This document shows positions 27,003 through 43,226 of a stretch of DNA of 64,000 nucleotides, one piece after another. The notes under the pieces are model-generated. The model searched no databases, was not told the origin of the DNA, and was given only the letters and a program-made list of their open reading frames with translations. The stretch lies in the NCBI RefSeq assembly GCF_009914755.1, contig NC_060925.1; one strand, given 5' to 3'. Numbering within the stretch: the stretch's first letter is position 1; every line of letters starts with the position of its first letter. This stretch comes from the human T2T-CHM13v2.0 reference genome, Homo sapiens. The translations under genes and the position numbers were made by a program.

Positions 27003-29404
27003 GTGAGTACCCCCTCTCTGTGCCCTGCGTTCGTCACCCTCGCCCTCACCAGCCACAGCCTGGGCTGCTCCTACCCAGGCTTGGCCCTGTCTTGGGGACC
27101 CCTACATAGGCTGATGGGTGGCTTGGCCAGGAAGCTCTTGCTGGTTTTGCAGCCCCACCCTGGACCTTAATGCAGAGCCATGGCCTCACCTGGGTGTGCG
27201 CAGGTGCATCTCCCAATCCACACACTTTGCTCCACCTTCACATTGGCTGCCACACACTCTGTCCTGCTGTGCCAGCTACCTGGCTGCTCTTCCTCCCTCC
27301 TCCTACCTGGGCCCCCTCCCTGTCCATCCTCTGCCCATCCCCAGGGCTGATTCTTCCAAATGCAGGTCAGATCAGTGCACGTCATCCCGCCCCAGTGGCT
27401 TCCCATTGCCGGTCCTGAGGGTGTACCACCTGCCTCACTCACCTCCCTCTGCCCCTTCTCTCTGCTGCAGCCATGCCAGCCCCTCTGGGCTCCTGGATGG
27501 GCCATGCTCCCTCCCACCACGCCCTCTCCAGCCTGTGCCTTTTGCCAAGTACTCTCCTGCCATCCTGTTTTTGTCTCATCTGCTCTTGGCTCAAATGGCA
27601 CTTCCTCAGAGAAGCCTTTTCTTATGCCCTCATGCTGGGCCAGGTCGCCCCTCCTGTGCTCTCGAGACCTCTGGTACATTTTCCCCTTTATGGGTGATTG
27701 ATCGGTTGATGTCTCTCCTCTCAGCCTGGCTGCAGCTCTGTCCAGGAGCCTAGGGTACGGTGGGCATTAATAAGTGTTCCTTGAATGCATGCAGGATGCT
27801 AAATTGCAGCAGAAAGGAACCCTGGTGCCCGAGGCATCTTCTGTGGGTGAGAAAGGCACTGGGGTTTCACTTCCCCCTCTGTCTGCTGTCTGACCCAGGA
27901 GGCTGCCTCATGGGCCACCCACAATTCTGGAAATTCTGAGGGAGTGATTGCACCACCTACTCTTGCCGTCTGGGTGCTGGTCCGTGACAGCTGTGCCCAC
28001 TTCCAGATGCTGTCTCTTTCCTCAGCTCTGCTGGGTAGGAAGAGTCCTCTGCCCCACGTGCCTTCCTCGGAGGCACCTTCTGCCCTGGCTCAACTGCACT
28101 CCCTCCCCGCCGCTTGGGGCACAGGGTTCCTTTCTGCTGGTCATGCGGTCTAGCATCCTTCATGCACTCCAGGGACGCTTAGGGGATCCCTCCTTCGGTG
28201 ACAATGATGTGTCTGTGGCCGCATTCCTCAAACCAGAGTCACGTACTGCCAGACCCCTTCGAAAGGGGAAAGAAGTTCTTGTGGAACCCTTCATTATATT
28301 GTTATTCAAATATATACAAACGCAAAACTCCCTGTAATCAACTCCTTCTGCTTATAGCCCTTGAAGAACCATAAAACCAACACCAAATCACAAATTGAAT
28401 AAAAATAAAGCTACAAAACCATAACATTCAAATTAACAGCATTAATGTAATGTGATGGATGATGTTGTTTTGCTGAAACCAATTTGTTCACAGTGTGGAT
28501 GTGGCTCAGGCCCTGGTAGAGCAGGTTCCTCTGCGCTTTCGTGCCTGTGCCACAGGGTGCCCTGTGGGGATCTGCATTTCCCATGAGCTCCCCAGTTTGG
28601 GTCACTGCAGAGCCCCTCTGATGTGAGCACATTGTCCACATCCCAAGCTCGCCATGCTCTTTGCTTGTTACCAGGTGACCATTCAGGTGCCATAGTCCAT
28701 GGAAGCCTTGATATCAGGCAGCAGAGTGTGGCTTTAAACTCATTCCACACAGGTGACTCAGATAATTATCTAAATGAAAACCCCAAATAAGGCTTCCCCT
28801 CCACTCCCCTGGGGCTTCATAAGACCTCAGTGTGCAAAACCACGGCCTAGAGAATACAGTCCAAATTCCTAGCCCAGGGGCCTAGCGTTCAAGGCCTTCC
28901 CCATCTGGTCCTCCTGGACCCTCCTGCTCTATCTCTACCTGCCACCCCCTACCCCCATCTCACCCTTACTCCATCTGTATCATCACTGGTGATCTGGGCC
29001 CCCTCACCCCATCACTGTCCCACCACACTGATATCTTTCTCCCCACCACCTCCTACCACCCACCATTGTTAACTGACTGCTTCCTCCGCCACTTGTCCTG
29101 CCAAGGTCATAAGCTCCGGAAGAATGAGGACCCTGTCTGTCTTGTGTACTGCTGTCTCCAGTCTCTAGCATGGAGTCTGGCACACGATAGGTCCTCAGGA
29201 TGTCTTTGAACAACTTGCTGTTCATGGGCTGCCTCAAGCCACAGTGCCTTTGCACACGCTCTTGTCTTTCTCTCCTGGCAGTGCCCACCACACTTCCAGC
29301 CCTATGCAGGCCCCTCCTCTCTCCCAGGCACAGCTTGCTCTTGGTCTTGTGGTCTCATACAGCCCTTTGTACAGACTGACTATGGCCTGGATCTCAGGTG
29401 TTAG

Positions 29405-29789
<385 letters not shown>

Positions 29790-29833
29790 TCTGGATCTTT
29801 TTTGTTGTGAGCAGATGCTTGGCTTCTTGTTAG

Positions 29834-30004
<171 letters not shown>

Positions 30005-30547
30005 TGACCTTTTTGGCCTGAGCTCCCCAGTGTGGGCAGTGCCTGGATTCAGAAAGCTGAGTAGGGAGGGGCTCCTCTCCTGGCCCATGTCCCCGATGTG
30101 CTCCTAGCTTCTGAGCTCCTGTTGGCAACTGTCGCTGCTGAAGCTCCATGTCCCTGCCTGGAAGTCTCTTTTGCGGCCGCTGGTTCGGGCGCATCCTCTG
30201 GTTTGGGTTGAGTGGAGCCTGGCTGTGGGGCCTTTGTTTGTTCTCTGCACAGTGGCCATTCCGTTATGTGGCCCCTCCTGGGCCTCTACCCAATGTGGAG
30301 GGGAAGCTGGCTGCGACGGCATGTCCCTCTCAGAGGAGGGCTCCAGGTGGGATCTGAGCCCAGGGCTGGGAAGCCTGGGGCATGGCGAGTTGGCCTCCTG
30401 CGTGGGGCTAAATGTGCAGCCTCAGTGAGGCTCCAGGACTTCTTCAGTTTCTCTTCCTCTGGGGTGCTGTGATTCCTATAGGATCTGGTGTGGCTTTTGG
30501 GGAGCCAGTGTGCTGTGTGGTGACCTCATTGGCCTCCTGAACCCTAG

Positions 30548-30676
<129 letters not shown>

Positions 30677-32086
30677 TGAGAGGAAGGGGTCTTGGAGGGA
30701 GGGCTGCTGCCTCTGCTGGGCTTCCAGTGGAGCAGGGGATCCGGAGAGGGTACCTGGAGCCCTCTTATTTGTCGAGATGCCATGGTGGGAGTGGATATGT
30801 AGGCATCGTGGGCCATGTCTGGGATAGCATCTGGCACGCAGTAGGTGCTCATGAAAAGACTGTGGAATGAATGAATGAATTAATGAACAGCCTGGTCATG
30901 TCCTGGATAAGCCTGGCCCACTGTTAGGATACTCAGACACTCTGCCATTGGTCAGTTCCATTTGCGCTGTGTCCTTTTCAGTCACTTCAGCCTATCTAGG
31001 CCCCCAGGCCAGGCCCTGGGTTTCCTCTCTCTGGACCCAGCCTCCCCCCAGCACCACCTTAGCCCCAGAATGCCCACCACAGGAGCTGTGCACAGTAGAC
31101 CCCAACTGAGGTTTGTGGAAATGATGACAGCCATAGCTGCTCGGCCTGGCAGAGACAGGGAACGGGATCTTTCTGGTCCTCCTGAGGCTTTGTAAGTTGG
31201 GTCTTTTTATTTCCATTTTACAGATGAGGAAGGTGAGGCTCAGAGTTTCAGGAGAGGCTGAAGGCCACATCGTGAGAGACAGAGCTGGGTCCTGATGAGG
31301 TCTGACTCTGAAGCCCAGGCCAGTGCAATGAGGGGGCTCAATGCCCAGGTTTTGGCCTCCAGGGTGGGGTGAAGGTGGGGATAGAGTGTCACAAGCACAG
31401 TGGCTGCAAGGAAGAGAAGGTTGGAGCACTATCATTTGAGGTAGGACCATGGGCTCAGTCCCCCAGGGGACCATGTGTAGGAGTCAGCAGCTTTGAATCT
31501 GCCGCCTCCCTGTTGAGTGGCCTGTCCGTCTCCCTTCCTCCATCTCCCTTCTCTCTGCCTCTCATTCTCCACGTGCACCCTAGAGGCTTGTGACACTGCC
31601 CTGCCCACCTCCCAAAGGGCTGGGAAGGCCCCCACTGCTCTGAGGTGAGAGGACAGCGTGGTGACAACAGCAACCTCTGGTTGCCCCAAGCTGGTGCTTA
31701 ACCTGATTCATTCATTTCTTCATTCATTCCTGTGTCCACTCAGCAAACATTTACTGAGCAACTGTCCCATGCCAGGTGCTGGGAACAGACCCAAGTGAGA
31801 CCCATTCCTCCCTCTAGAGGCACGTGGTCAGACATGTAAGGTGTCTAAGACCTGTGGACAGCTGACCGCTGACCAGGTGGAGTCACAGCCTGCAGAGGCT
31901 CTGCCGGGCACAAAGCCAGAGGCTCCTGGAGCCAGGCTGGGGAGCGTGGCTCAGCCACCCTGGCCAGGTACCTCCCTCTGGGGGTCATTGTGGGCGGAGG
32001 GATTCCTCCCCCAGGGGACCGAGGCTTTGCCAAGCCACTGACCTCTTTGGCCACGTTTTGGGGATGCTCTGACCAGACCTCCTTGA

Positions 32087-32350
<264 letters not shown>

Positions 32351-32534
32351 TGAGTGAGGGTACAGGATGGGTGTTCGGGGTCAGCGGGGGGCAGGGAGGC
32401 TTCTGAGTGGGAGGGAGGTGGTGCGGTGGAGAAACAGCTGGGGCCAGAGCCGGAGGCTCTGCTTTGTGACCCTGGACAAGTCACTTCCCCTCTCTGAGCC
32501 TCAGCTTCCCCATCCAGGAATTGATGGAACTTGA

Positions 32535-32752
32535 CAGAAAGTAAATTAGTGGTTGCCAGGGACCTGAGAGGAGAGGGTAATGGAGAATGACTGCTAGACT
32601 GCTAGGGGTTTTGGTGGAGGTGATGAAAATGTTCTAAAATTAGATGGTGGTGATTGCTCAACTCTGTGACTACACCAAAAATCAGTGGCGTGTGCACTTT
32701 AAAAGGATGCGTTTTATGGTAACTGGATTGTATCTCAATAAAGCTGTTACCC
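32535..32752 (+). mobile_element. Old L1 (L1MB-like) 3' end, sense, with AATAAA at 32737-32742
   Basis: acagaaagtaaattagtggttgccaggg...gatgaaaatgttctaaaattag...tatctcaataaagctgtt. Confidence 0.8.
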
Positions 32753-33335
32753 AGAAAAATGATGCAGGTTGGACTATACTGATTCTCAAAGACCAAAGAC
32801 CTCGTTACTATGTTTTTCTTCCTGTGCACCCCATGGTATGAATACAGATACATAAATGGATATTTACATGCACTTTTCTGAGTATTTTTTGTGCATCTTT
32901 TTCATTTCACATTCACAGTAGCCTTAAGAGTTAGGTCTGTTGAGAATCTCTTTTTCCATTGAGGATTCTGAGGCCCAGAGATGTGCGGGGACTTGCCTGA
33001 GGTCACACAGAAGGAAGGGGCAGATCTGGGCCGCAGACCCTGTGTGGCCTGACTCCAAAGCCCAGTCTCGATCCCCATCCATTCTGCTTCCTTGGCTTGG
33101 CAAGAGTCTGTCTGCAGACTGCATTCATTAAGTTATAATTACTTTACTTGTCCATTTTTTGAGTTGGTGAGAGGCTTATGTCCCCTCCAGACAGAGCTAT
33201 TATTCCCTATGATGTACTACAGTTCCCATTTGCCGATGCCAGCCAATAGCAGGAACGTTTTTTTATTTTTGTTTCTGGTATGATCTTTCTATAGAGAAGC
33301 TTACATTTTCAATAGGTTTTAACACATTTATGGAA

Positions 33336-33671
<336 letters not shown>

Positions 33672-33682
33672 TCAGGACCTTT

Positions 33683-34001
<319 letters not shown>

Positions 34002-37000
34002 TTAGGACCTATGTCACTGGTTTTCATTAATTGAAAAAACTGTTGAGACTCTACATAGTTTTGGGCATGGGGGAAGAATAATGACAAAAACAGAGAGATC
34101 TCTGCTCTCAAGGAACTTAGATTTATGAGGGGCAGGCAGGTGGACATTAAATGGGGAGCAAATCTGCAAGCAGGTGTTATGCTGTACAGGGCATAGAGCT
34201 GGGCTGGGGCTGCCATCTGGGGGACCCCTGAGGCGGGGTCCTCAGAAGCTGCACAAATATCTGGTCAGAGTGATCCAGGTATGGGGATAGCAAGTACAAA
34301 GGCCCTGAGGTAGGGACAGAAGGAAGCCCAGAGTGGCCAGCACTGGCAGATGAAGGGGAGGGAGGTAGGTGGGTGTGTTGCGGGCAGGTTTTCTGGGAAG
34401 CCGGGGAGAGCCGTATGGGATTTGTTCTGGGCATGATGGGAAGCTGTGCATTATAGCATTGAGAGCTGGATAGTGTCCCGATCTGATTTTCATTTAAGTG
34501 GGTCATTCTGGCTGCTGTGGGGAGAGGGCATGGGAGGGGCAGGTGTGGAGGTGGGAGCAGGAATGGGGAGGGGTTGCCTGTGGAGGAACCTGGACCAGAG
34601 GCTTCTACTCAGCCCATCCCTTCTTGGATCCAGTGCTGATATTGCTCTGACCTCAGCTGGATGTTTCTGGGTGACCAGAAGGCCTTTGGAGGGTGCAGAA
34701 AGTGTTTTAAGCAGAAGCTGTCCTGTCCCTGGCAGAAGACTTTGGGAATCCTGGCCCTCAGAAAGGCTAATGTGGCTTCCCTGCCCCTTGGGCCATGCGC
34801 TCCCCTCCCCACCCCATGCATCACTTCCATCCTGAGAAGTGCCCGAGCCCCATGTTACACCTGCTTTAAAGGCAGATGAATGTCCTGTTTGAACCGCATG
34901 TGCTTTGCTGCATGGGGCTTGGTGCTGGAGGGATGGGAGACGGTGATTCGGGCAGCCCCAGCTCTTGGCAGCCTGTGAAGATGCTGGGCTGCCTTATCTC
35001 CACACAGCTTCACTGCAGCAAAAGGTTTAATGGAAGAAGAGTCATTTGAAATCTTATTTGAATGCCTGGGTTCCCCTGGGGCTTGAATAATTTGTTTCTT
35101 TTATTTTGCCAGTATTTTTTTTCTTTTTATCTGCAGTGGCTGGTTTGGGAGGGGATGATAATATGAGCCTGTTAGAAATAGAATATGTTAAAAACATTTA
35201 TTCACAAAGGCTGTTATTCCTTTATTTTATTTTCTATATCTTCCTCCCTCCCTGACTACAGTGTGTCAGGATCATAATCTGAAGATTGAGAAAGGAGAGG
35301 GATGTGGTGGGGGAGCCTGCGATGTGGGAGAGGGGATCAGCTCTGCCCCTTGGAAGGGCAGGGAGCCCTGGGGAATCTGGGGACCCCGTTCAAACCCCAG
35401 CATGGCCACCATCACGCCTTGTGGTCCTGGGAAAGGCAGACTCCATCCTGAGACCCAGTTTTCCTATTTGTGAGTTGGAATAGATCTCCAAGGGCCCTGT
35501 TGCATTCTTTGGCACACAGGAAGGTTTGAGAGGCAGTAAGGGGTGGTCCTCAGCACCATGGGAAATGGAGCTAGACCATGTGGGTTCCGTTCCCAGCTCT
35601 GCCACTGACCAGCTCTGTGATCCCAGCAAACTAACTCTGAGATGCCTTGGATTTTCCACCAGAAAACGGGGAAAATGCCAGTGCCCCCTGCACAGGGCTC
35701 TCGTGAAAATGTGGGGAGATGGTGCATGGAAGATGCCTAGACAGCCAGCCCTTGGCACATAGGAGCTGTGAGAGGGGCTCCTAGGTCAAGGAGTGTCTGC
35801 ATTTCAGATGGGGAATGGCCTTTCTGAGGTCACACGCGATTTAGTACAGGGCCAGGATATCTTCCTACCTCTTTCTACCGGTTAGGCTCTTGTTGGTAAA
35901 AGCTCCAGAACAGGGCTGCAGATGGAAGGTCCCAGAGAAGGAAGAGGTGAGGTAGGGGGCTCCCTCATTTCCCTCCTGTACCCTCCCCCGCCACCACCTG
36001 CTCTGCTCACAAAGCTGCATTGCTGCCTCTTACCCTCCCCGGGCCCTTGGAGCTCCTCCCACCCATGGCCCTTCTCATTCCCACCTCTCAAGGGGACATG
36101 GGCCTGGCAGGCCATGGCTAATGCCAAACTCACAGGGACATAACCAGGTGGCCCAAGGCAGTGAGCCTGAGCGCAGGGCTGGGCCCTCCCTTGCTGCCTC
36201 TCATTTGGTTTAGTTTTCCGGCCCATAGTCGTCACACTGACGCCAATATTCCTTCCGGGATGACTCCAGCTGTTGGGTCCTGAGCACAGCCCTGGCAGAG
36301 TGTGAAGTGTGTTCTAGACCTCAGCATGTCCTTGAACCCTCACTGCTGTCCCACAGGCTGGTGCTGGGATCTGCCCACACCCTGCAGCTGGAAGGGATGG
36401 GTCTCCTCTCCAGGAGTAGGGCCGAGGGCGTGGCCTTGGAGTCCGACCCTGGTTTTACCCCAGCTGGGAGACTGTGGCTACTTGCTTGGCCTCCCTGGAC
36501 ACCAGTGGCCCTCTCTGTAGGGGACAGGTGGTTGGATGAGATGCCTGCTGAGGTCCAGCCCAGCCTGACATCTGTGGCTGTGGCCAGCAGCATCTCCATG
36601 GTGCTGGGGAGGTGTGAGCGGTATCTTGAAGGTGGCTTTAAGTTTGGGAAGTTCGGGAAGAGCAGTAAAGGCACGATACTGGGACTGAGCCCAGTAGGAG
36701 TCTGGGAGGCAGGTCGGGCTGGAGAAGCAGGGCTGGGCCCGCGGTGGGCTCAGCTGCCCTCAGTAATAGCGACAGTCAGACCATGAGCAGCGAGGACAGT
36801 GACCACCATGGCTGCTATTTCCGGAGTGCCTGGTGTCTGCTGGTCATGATATATATGATTTCCAGTGCTCACAACTCCAGATGGTTGGCGTTCCTTCCCC
36901 CATTTTCTACATGAGGCCACAGGCTCAGAGAGGGTAAGCACTTGGCTCCGTGTCACATAGTGAGTTGGAGACTGAGGTGGGATCTGCCCGGGCCCTTCTA

Positions 37001-38544
37001 GCAGATCAGAGGGGATTGTTCTGAGGGTAGCGGGGGATCTGCAACCCTGGAGCTGCTCCCTGTGTCCCATGGGGAGCTCTCATGCCCAGGGGGTGTTGGC
37101 AAACAGAGCTGGGTGCTAAATAAGCCCCCACTTAGCGTCAACTGGAAATTGCGGTTCTGCAGTCGGTGCCAGTTCTTAATGTCACTTATCCCAAGCGGGC
37201 TTTCAATTTTCAGCGACAGCAGTCTTCTAATTTGGTCTCCGCCACTCTGGTTTTGTGACGGGAACAATGGCAGTGGCAGATGGGGAGCAACGACTCCATT
37301 TTCTTGTAACGTCCCCAGTCGCAGGCAGGGAAGGCACCATCTGGAAGGAGAAGGTCAGATCATTAAAAAAAATACGTATGAATAAATTGCCAGGACTTGA
37401 TGGGCTATGGGTGTTCGGGGAGGAAAGAGAGGAGCTGAGCTCTGGGCGCCCTGGTGACAGGGGCTAGGGTGGGGAGATGCTCGCTCACCCAGCTCCTACA
37501 GGTTGTGGGGTGAGGAATTGGGGGTCCAGACCAGAGCTCTTGGCTGGTAGAGGTGAGGGTCTGCTTGATTGTAAGTTCCTTGAGAGCAGGGACAAGCTCT
37601 CAAATCTGGCCTATCTTTATTTGCTGCCCAGGGGCTTGTCCAAGAGGCAGCATGGCGAGCGCTGGCACACTAGCAGAGGCTAGGAGAGCCGTGCTGCCCC
37701 GGGACAAGGTGCGTCGCAGGCACCGTGCAAGGCGCCCCCGTGGGTTAGTTCCTTGGCATCTGGATCTTCCCCTGCTTTCCCCTTTCCTCTGCTGGCCAGC
37801 GTGGAGTGCGGATAGAAGGACGTATCTCCCGTGATGGCTGTGAGGATGCAGTGAGGCAGTGTGGAAACTGTGAGGTGCAGGGCACGTAGAAGTGTCTGTT
37901 ATGGCAACGCGCGTGCCCTGTGTGGTCGTGCCCTTTCCCTGAGGGTCTCTTATGTAGGCCTTTCCTCCCTGGTGGCAGGGATCAGGTCTTACATGACTCT
38001 GTTTCCAGGGCCCAGCAGGGTAGAGGACCAGACATGGAGGATGCCTCTGGGCCCATTTCGGGAATGAGTTCACTGCTCAGTGACTCAGGCCGGAGGGTGT
38101 GAGCCCGCCGGGTGCTGGCGCCTTCACATCATCAAGCCTGACATTTGGGAATGTCTTTCACTTCTCAAATAGCATCCTCACCTGCCACCTCATTCCAGCT
38201 CCTCTTGCTGTGCCAGCATTCAGGTGCCACCTCTCTCGGGCAGTGACGGCATGAGGGCTGCTCTCAGGGTGGTCCTTCCTCACTCATGTCCAGCCCTTCT
38301 CTCTGACCCGGCAGGATCTCTTTGATGAAAGCGAGTCAGATTAACGTTCATGTCGTGGGTACATCTGACAAACCTGGAAAATGAGGCTCTGAGAAAAGAG
38401 ACTTTTTGTTCATATCCCTAAATGTAGTGATGGTCTGTGGTGGGTCCAGCCCTGCGTGGGTGGGTTGGGTGAGGTGTAGAAGGAAATAGGGTGGGAGGTT
38501 TCGGCCTTCATAGAACACTGGCATGGTGGGGGAGTGCCTACCTC

Positions 38545-38590
38545 CATGTGCACACACACGCATGCGTGCACACGTGCACATGTGCACACA
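38545..38590. repeat. 46-bp perfect alternating pyrimidine-purine tract
   Basis: catgtgcacacacacgcatgcgtgcacacgtgcacatgtgcacaca. Confidence 0.85.
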
Positions 38591-40539
38591 ACGAAGAAGA
38601 GCCACACTGGTGGAGGAGCAGGGAGTAGCTGTGAGAGGTGTGATACCCTCCAATGGGCTGAGACGACAGGTGGTGGAGGCCAGGGCATGGAGACATGGGT
38701 GGTGCAGGCCTCTCTGAGAAGGAGAGGAGCCAGCCCTGGGGAGGTGAGGGGCAGCCTTCCGGACAGCGGGAACCTCTGGGCCCGTCCCGGCGAGGTTGCT
38801 GAGCACAGTCCAGCACGGTGGAGCCAGTGGCCGAGGGAGGAGGCTGGGGAGGGAAGGGACCTTCGCAGCTCTTCCAGGAGAGTTTGGATCTTATTCTGGG
38901 CTGACTGGGACTCCACTGATGTTTCCAAGCAGGGGAACGGCGAGGCCAGGTGTAAGTTTTAGCAGGATGGGCCTGGCTGCCGAGCAAAGATGACTGTAGT
39001 GTCAGGGGGCCCCAGTGTGGCTGGCGGGAACTCTCCGGCTGACCTGGCGCCTCCTAGGGGAGGGGCAGGCTCCGGCTGCCTGCGACAGAGCTACTCTAGC
39101 ATCACCGTGCCCACAGGCCTCTGCGATGGAGCATCAGCGGGCGTGGTTGCTGAAGGCTGCCTGGTTTAGTCCAGAGAATTCAGTCTTGGGTGTCAGATCT
39201 AGGCCTGAATCTGGGTGCTGCCCCCTAGCCATGGCTGTGGCCTGGCCACGTTACTAAATCCCTGAGTGCCAGTGTCATCCTCTGTGGAGTGAAAATAATG
39301 ATTCTGGCTGTGCTCAGCGATTGTGAAGACTAAGCCAGGGCATAGACGGCGGCGCTCAGTGTGGTGCCTGATGTGTGGGTGCATAGTAGGTGGTGTCTTC
39401 ATCACGCTCATCCCTGCTGTGGGCTTGCTGGAAGGGAGTCCTCATAGGGAGTGTAAAGAAGGAAGGGATCCTCCGCAGGGAGAATTCTTCAGGACAGACG
39501 GTGGTTTATTCCTCCCTCCTTCCTTTTATTCATTCTTTCCAGCCATGTTTTCCGAGCACTCGCTATGTGCCTTGCAGTGTGCTGGGTGTCAGGGGACAGT
39601 GGTGAATGAGACAGTGCAGACCCCCACTGACTACAGCTTTGATATTAGAGACTTATGGAAATGGACCACGGATGATTTTAGATCATTATGAAGGCTGCGA
39701 GGAAAGTAAGACAGGGTCTTTAGAGTGATTCCTGAGAGAAGGGGCCACTGTAGTCAGGGTGGTCAGGGAGGACTTCTCGGAGGAGGGGACATGTGAGCAG
39801 AGCCCCGAGCCATGTAAAGGAGCCTCCACAGAGAACGAGGTTTAGCAGATGCTCTTTAGCATGGTGACCTCCCGTGGTGAGTCCTGGGTCTGGGGTCGGG
39901 TTAGGCATCTGTACTTGTAACGGGTCCCTGGGAGCTTTGAGGCCCAGCTAGGGTGGGTGAACTGGAGGCAGGCGGCTTCCTAATTTCAGGGTTGTCTTGA
40001 AGGAAGCAGGAGTGTGATTCTTCTGCATTTCCATCACCACCATGGTCAAGTGTGAGTGCCGCAATGGCGACCTCCTGTCCTCTGATCGTTCATGGTCTGC
40101 CTCCTACTCTGCAACAGAAATTCAAGGCAACAGGGGTCTGGACTCTGTTCAGCATCTTAACATTTTTTAAAAACCCTTTTACATCTATTATTTCATTTGG
40201 TCCTCACAACAACCACAGGACGAAGGCATTTCTAGCATTCCTATTTTCTAGGCAAAGAAATTGAGGCTCAGAGAGTTGGGGTGACTGGCACAGGGTTGTT
40301 CAGCGGTAGGGTGGTCAAGCTGGGACCTTGTTTTTCAACTCCCTGCCTGAGACCCTGGCCACGGCATCACTCCTGAGGCTGGATTTCATCTCAGTCCGGC
40401 AGGAGTAGGGTGGGGAGTGACTGGATGGGGCCAGGCTTCTGGGGCCTGCAGTGGCTCCCTGGGGCTTGGAGGGCTCCTCATGGCCCAGTTGGTCCTTGGA
40501 CTCTGACCAGCTCTACCCACCTCCTTCCTCTTGCTGTAG

Positions 40540-40661
40540 GGGAGGAGAACCAGCCAGGCTGGCTATGCCCGGATGAGGACAAGAAGAGCAAAGCCCCATT
40601 CTGGTGCCCGATCCTGGCCTGCTGCATCCCTGCCTTCTCCTCCCGGGCACTCAGCCTGCAG
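40540..40661 (+). CDS. ARHGEF10L: Exon O, 122 nt ([40 protein letters not shown])
   Basis: ttgctgtAG|gggagg ... ctgcag|GTgagt; phase 1-0. Confidence 0.95.
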
Positions 40662-41509
40662 GTGAGTGGAGCGGATCTTGCTGAGCCGACCTCGAAGGTG
40701 GCTGCGGCTCCCCCTCGCCTGGGAGAACCAGAGTTTCCAGGGAGCGCCCACAGCAGGGAAGGCTCAGGTTCCAGCTGTGGCTTCTAAATTCTTACTGACA
40801 GATTTGGTCAAGCCTTTTTGTTGCTTCGGGAATCAGCTTTCCCACCACAAAAATGGAGGCGAACGACCACTGTGGGTCAAGTGAATGGAAAATTCCATTA
40901 TTTTGAGATAATAAACAGCAATGATCTCATCTGTTGATGGCATGGCTCCAGATCATGCCGAAGCGGCTGTGCCAGCCACTGTGGGTTGGGTGCTTTGTGG
41001 TTCGCCAGGCGGGAGCCGGCTTTGGCGCAGGGATTGCCCTCATCATGGAATGCTCCAGCGCCATCAGGCCTCCCGTGTATTGAGCACCTGCTGTGCCCCC
41101 TGGTTCTTTCCTGCTATTCTCTTATTTTAATATCTATAAGAACCTTGCGAGTAGATGTTTCTCTATCCATTTCACAGATAAGGAAACTAAGGCTAAGACA
41201 GGTGCTATGATTTTCCAAAAAGGACATAGCTAGTAAGAATTTGAACCTTGCCCTGCCTGATCACAACACCCAGGGTCTTAACCATGAGGATGTTCAGCCT
41301 TCACGGGTTACCTGCCCTTATACCCTGTCCTAGCTCGCCCTCCATCTAGAGCAATTACTGCCTCCCCTTTCCCAGGGAGATGAGGTCATCTCAGCTCCAG
41401 GGATAGGAGCACCAGTTGGGGACCCAGGCCCAGATTGGTGAGCCCCAAGAGATGCGCCGATTGGGCTGTAGACTGGGGATCTAAACAGCTGAAAGAACAA
41501 ATCCTTGAG

Positions 41510-42760
<1,251 letters not shown>

Positions 42761-42817
42761 TCAGAGCTCAGCTCAGGGTCCTGCTGAGACGTGGCAAGAC
42801 TTGATGTGGGCGGAGGC

Positions 42818-43226
42818 CAGGGCTGTGACTGGAGTAAGGCGCCTTTGCCTCAGGCACAAAATTTCAGCCGATGTCAAAAATCTCAATAATTAAGATAAAT
42901 ACTATTTTAATGCAGTGCGTAAATATAATCAAATCAGCAAATTTTTCCTTGTGGTTTGGCCGCTCTTTTTGTCTCTTGATACATAAAGGGCCAGGATTAG
43001 GGTGAGGCAAGTGAGCCAGGGTCGTGCAAGTGTAGGGTGAAGTTTTGTCTGTATTTAAACTTTTAAATAACTATTCAGTGTGGATTTTTTGCATTAATAT
43101 TGATTTTTTTAAAGTTGCCTTACTCTCTCTCTATATATATACATTTTTGTGACTGAGTTTTTGGTGCCCTTTTAAATTTTGTACCCAAGCTAGGTGCCCC
43201 AGTCTATCACCCTAGTCCTGGCCCTG
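42818..43226. mobile_element. Non-autonomous hAT element (MER96B-like) with TIRs and 8-bp TSD
   Basis: TIRs cagggctgtgactgg / ctagtcctggccctg; TSD gcggaggc (42810-42817) / gtggaggc (43227-43234); AT-rich interior. Confidence 0.7.

Noticed and set aside
27118-27753. 211-aa plus-strand Pro/Ser/Leu-rich ORF
   Set aside because: Arises from C/T-rich degenerate L2-like intronic sequence.
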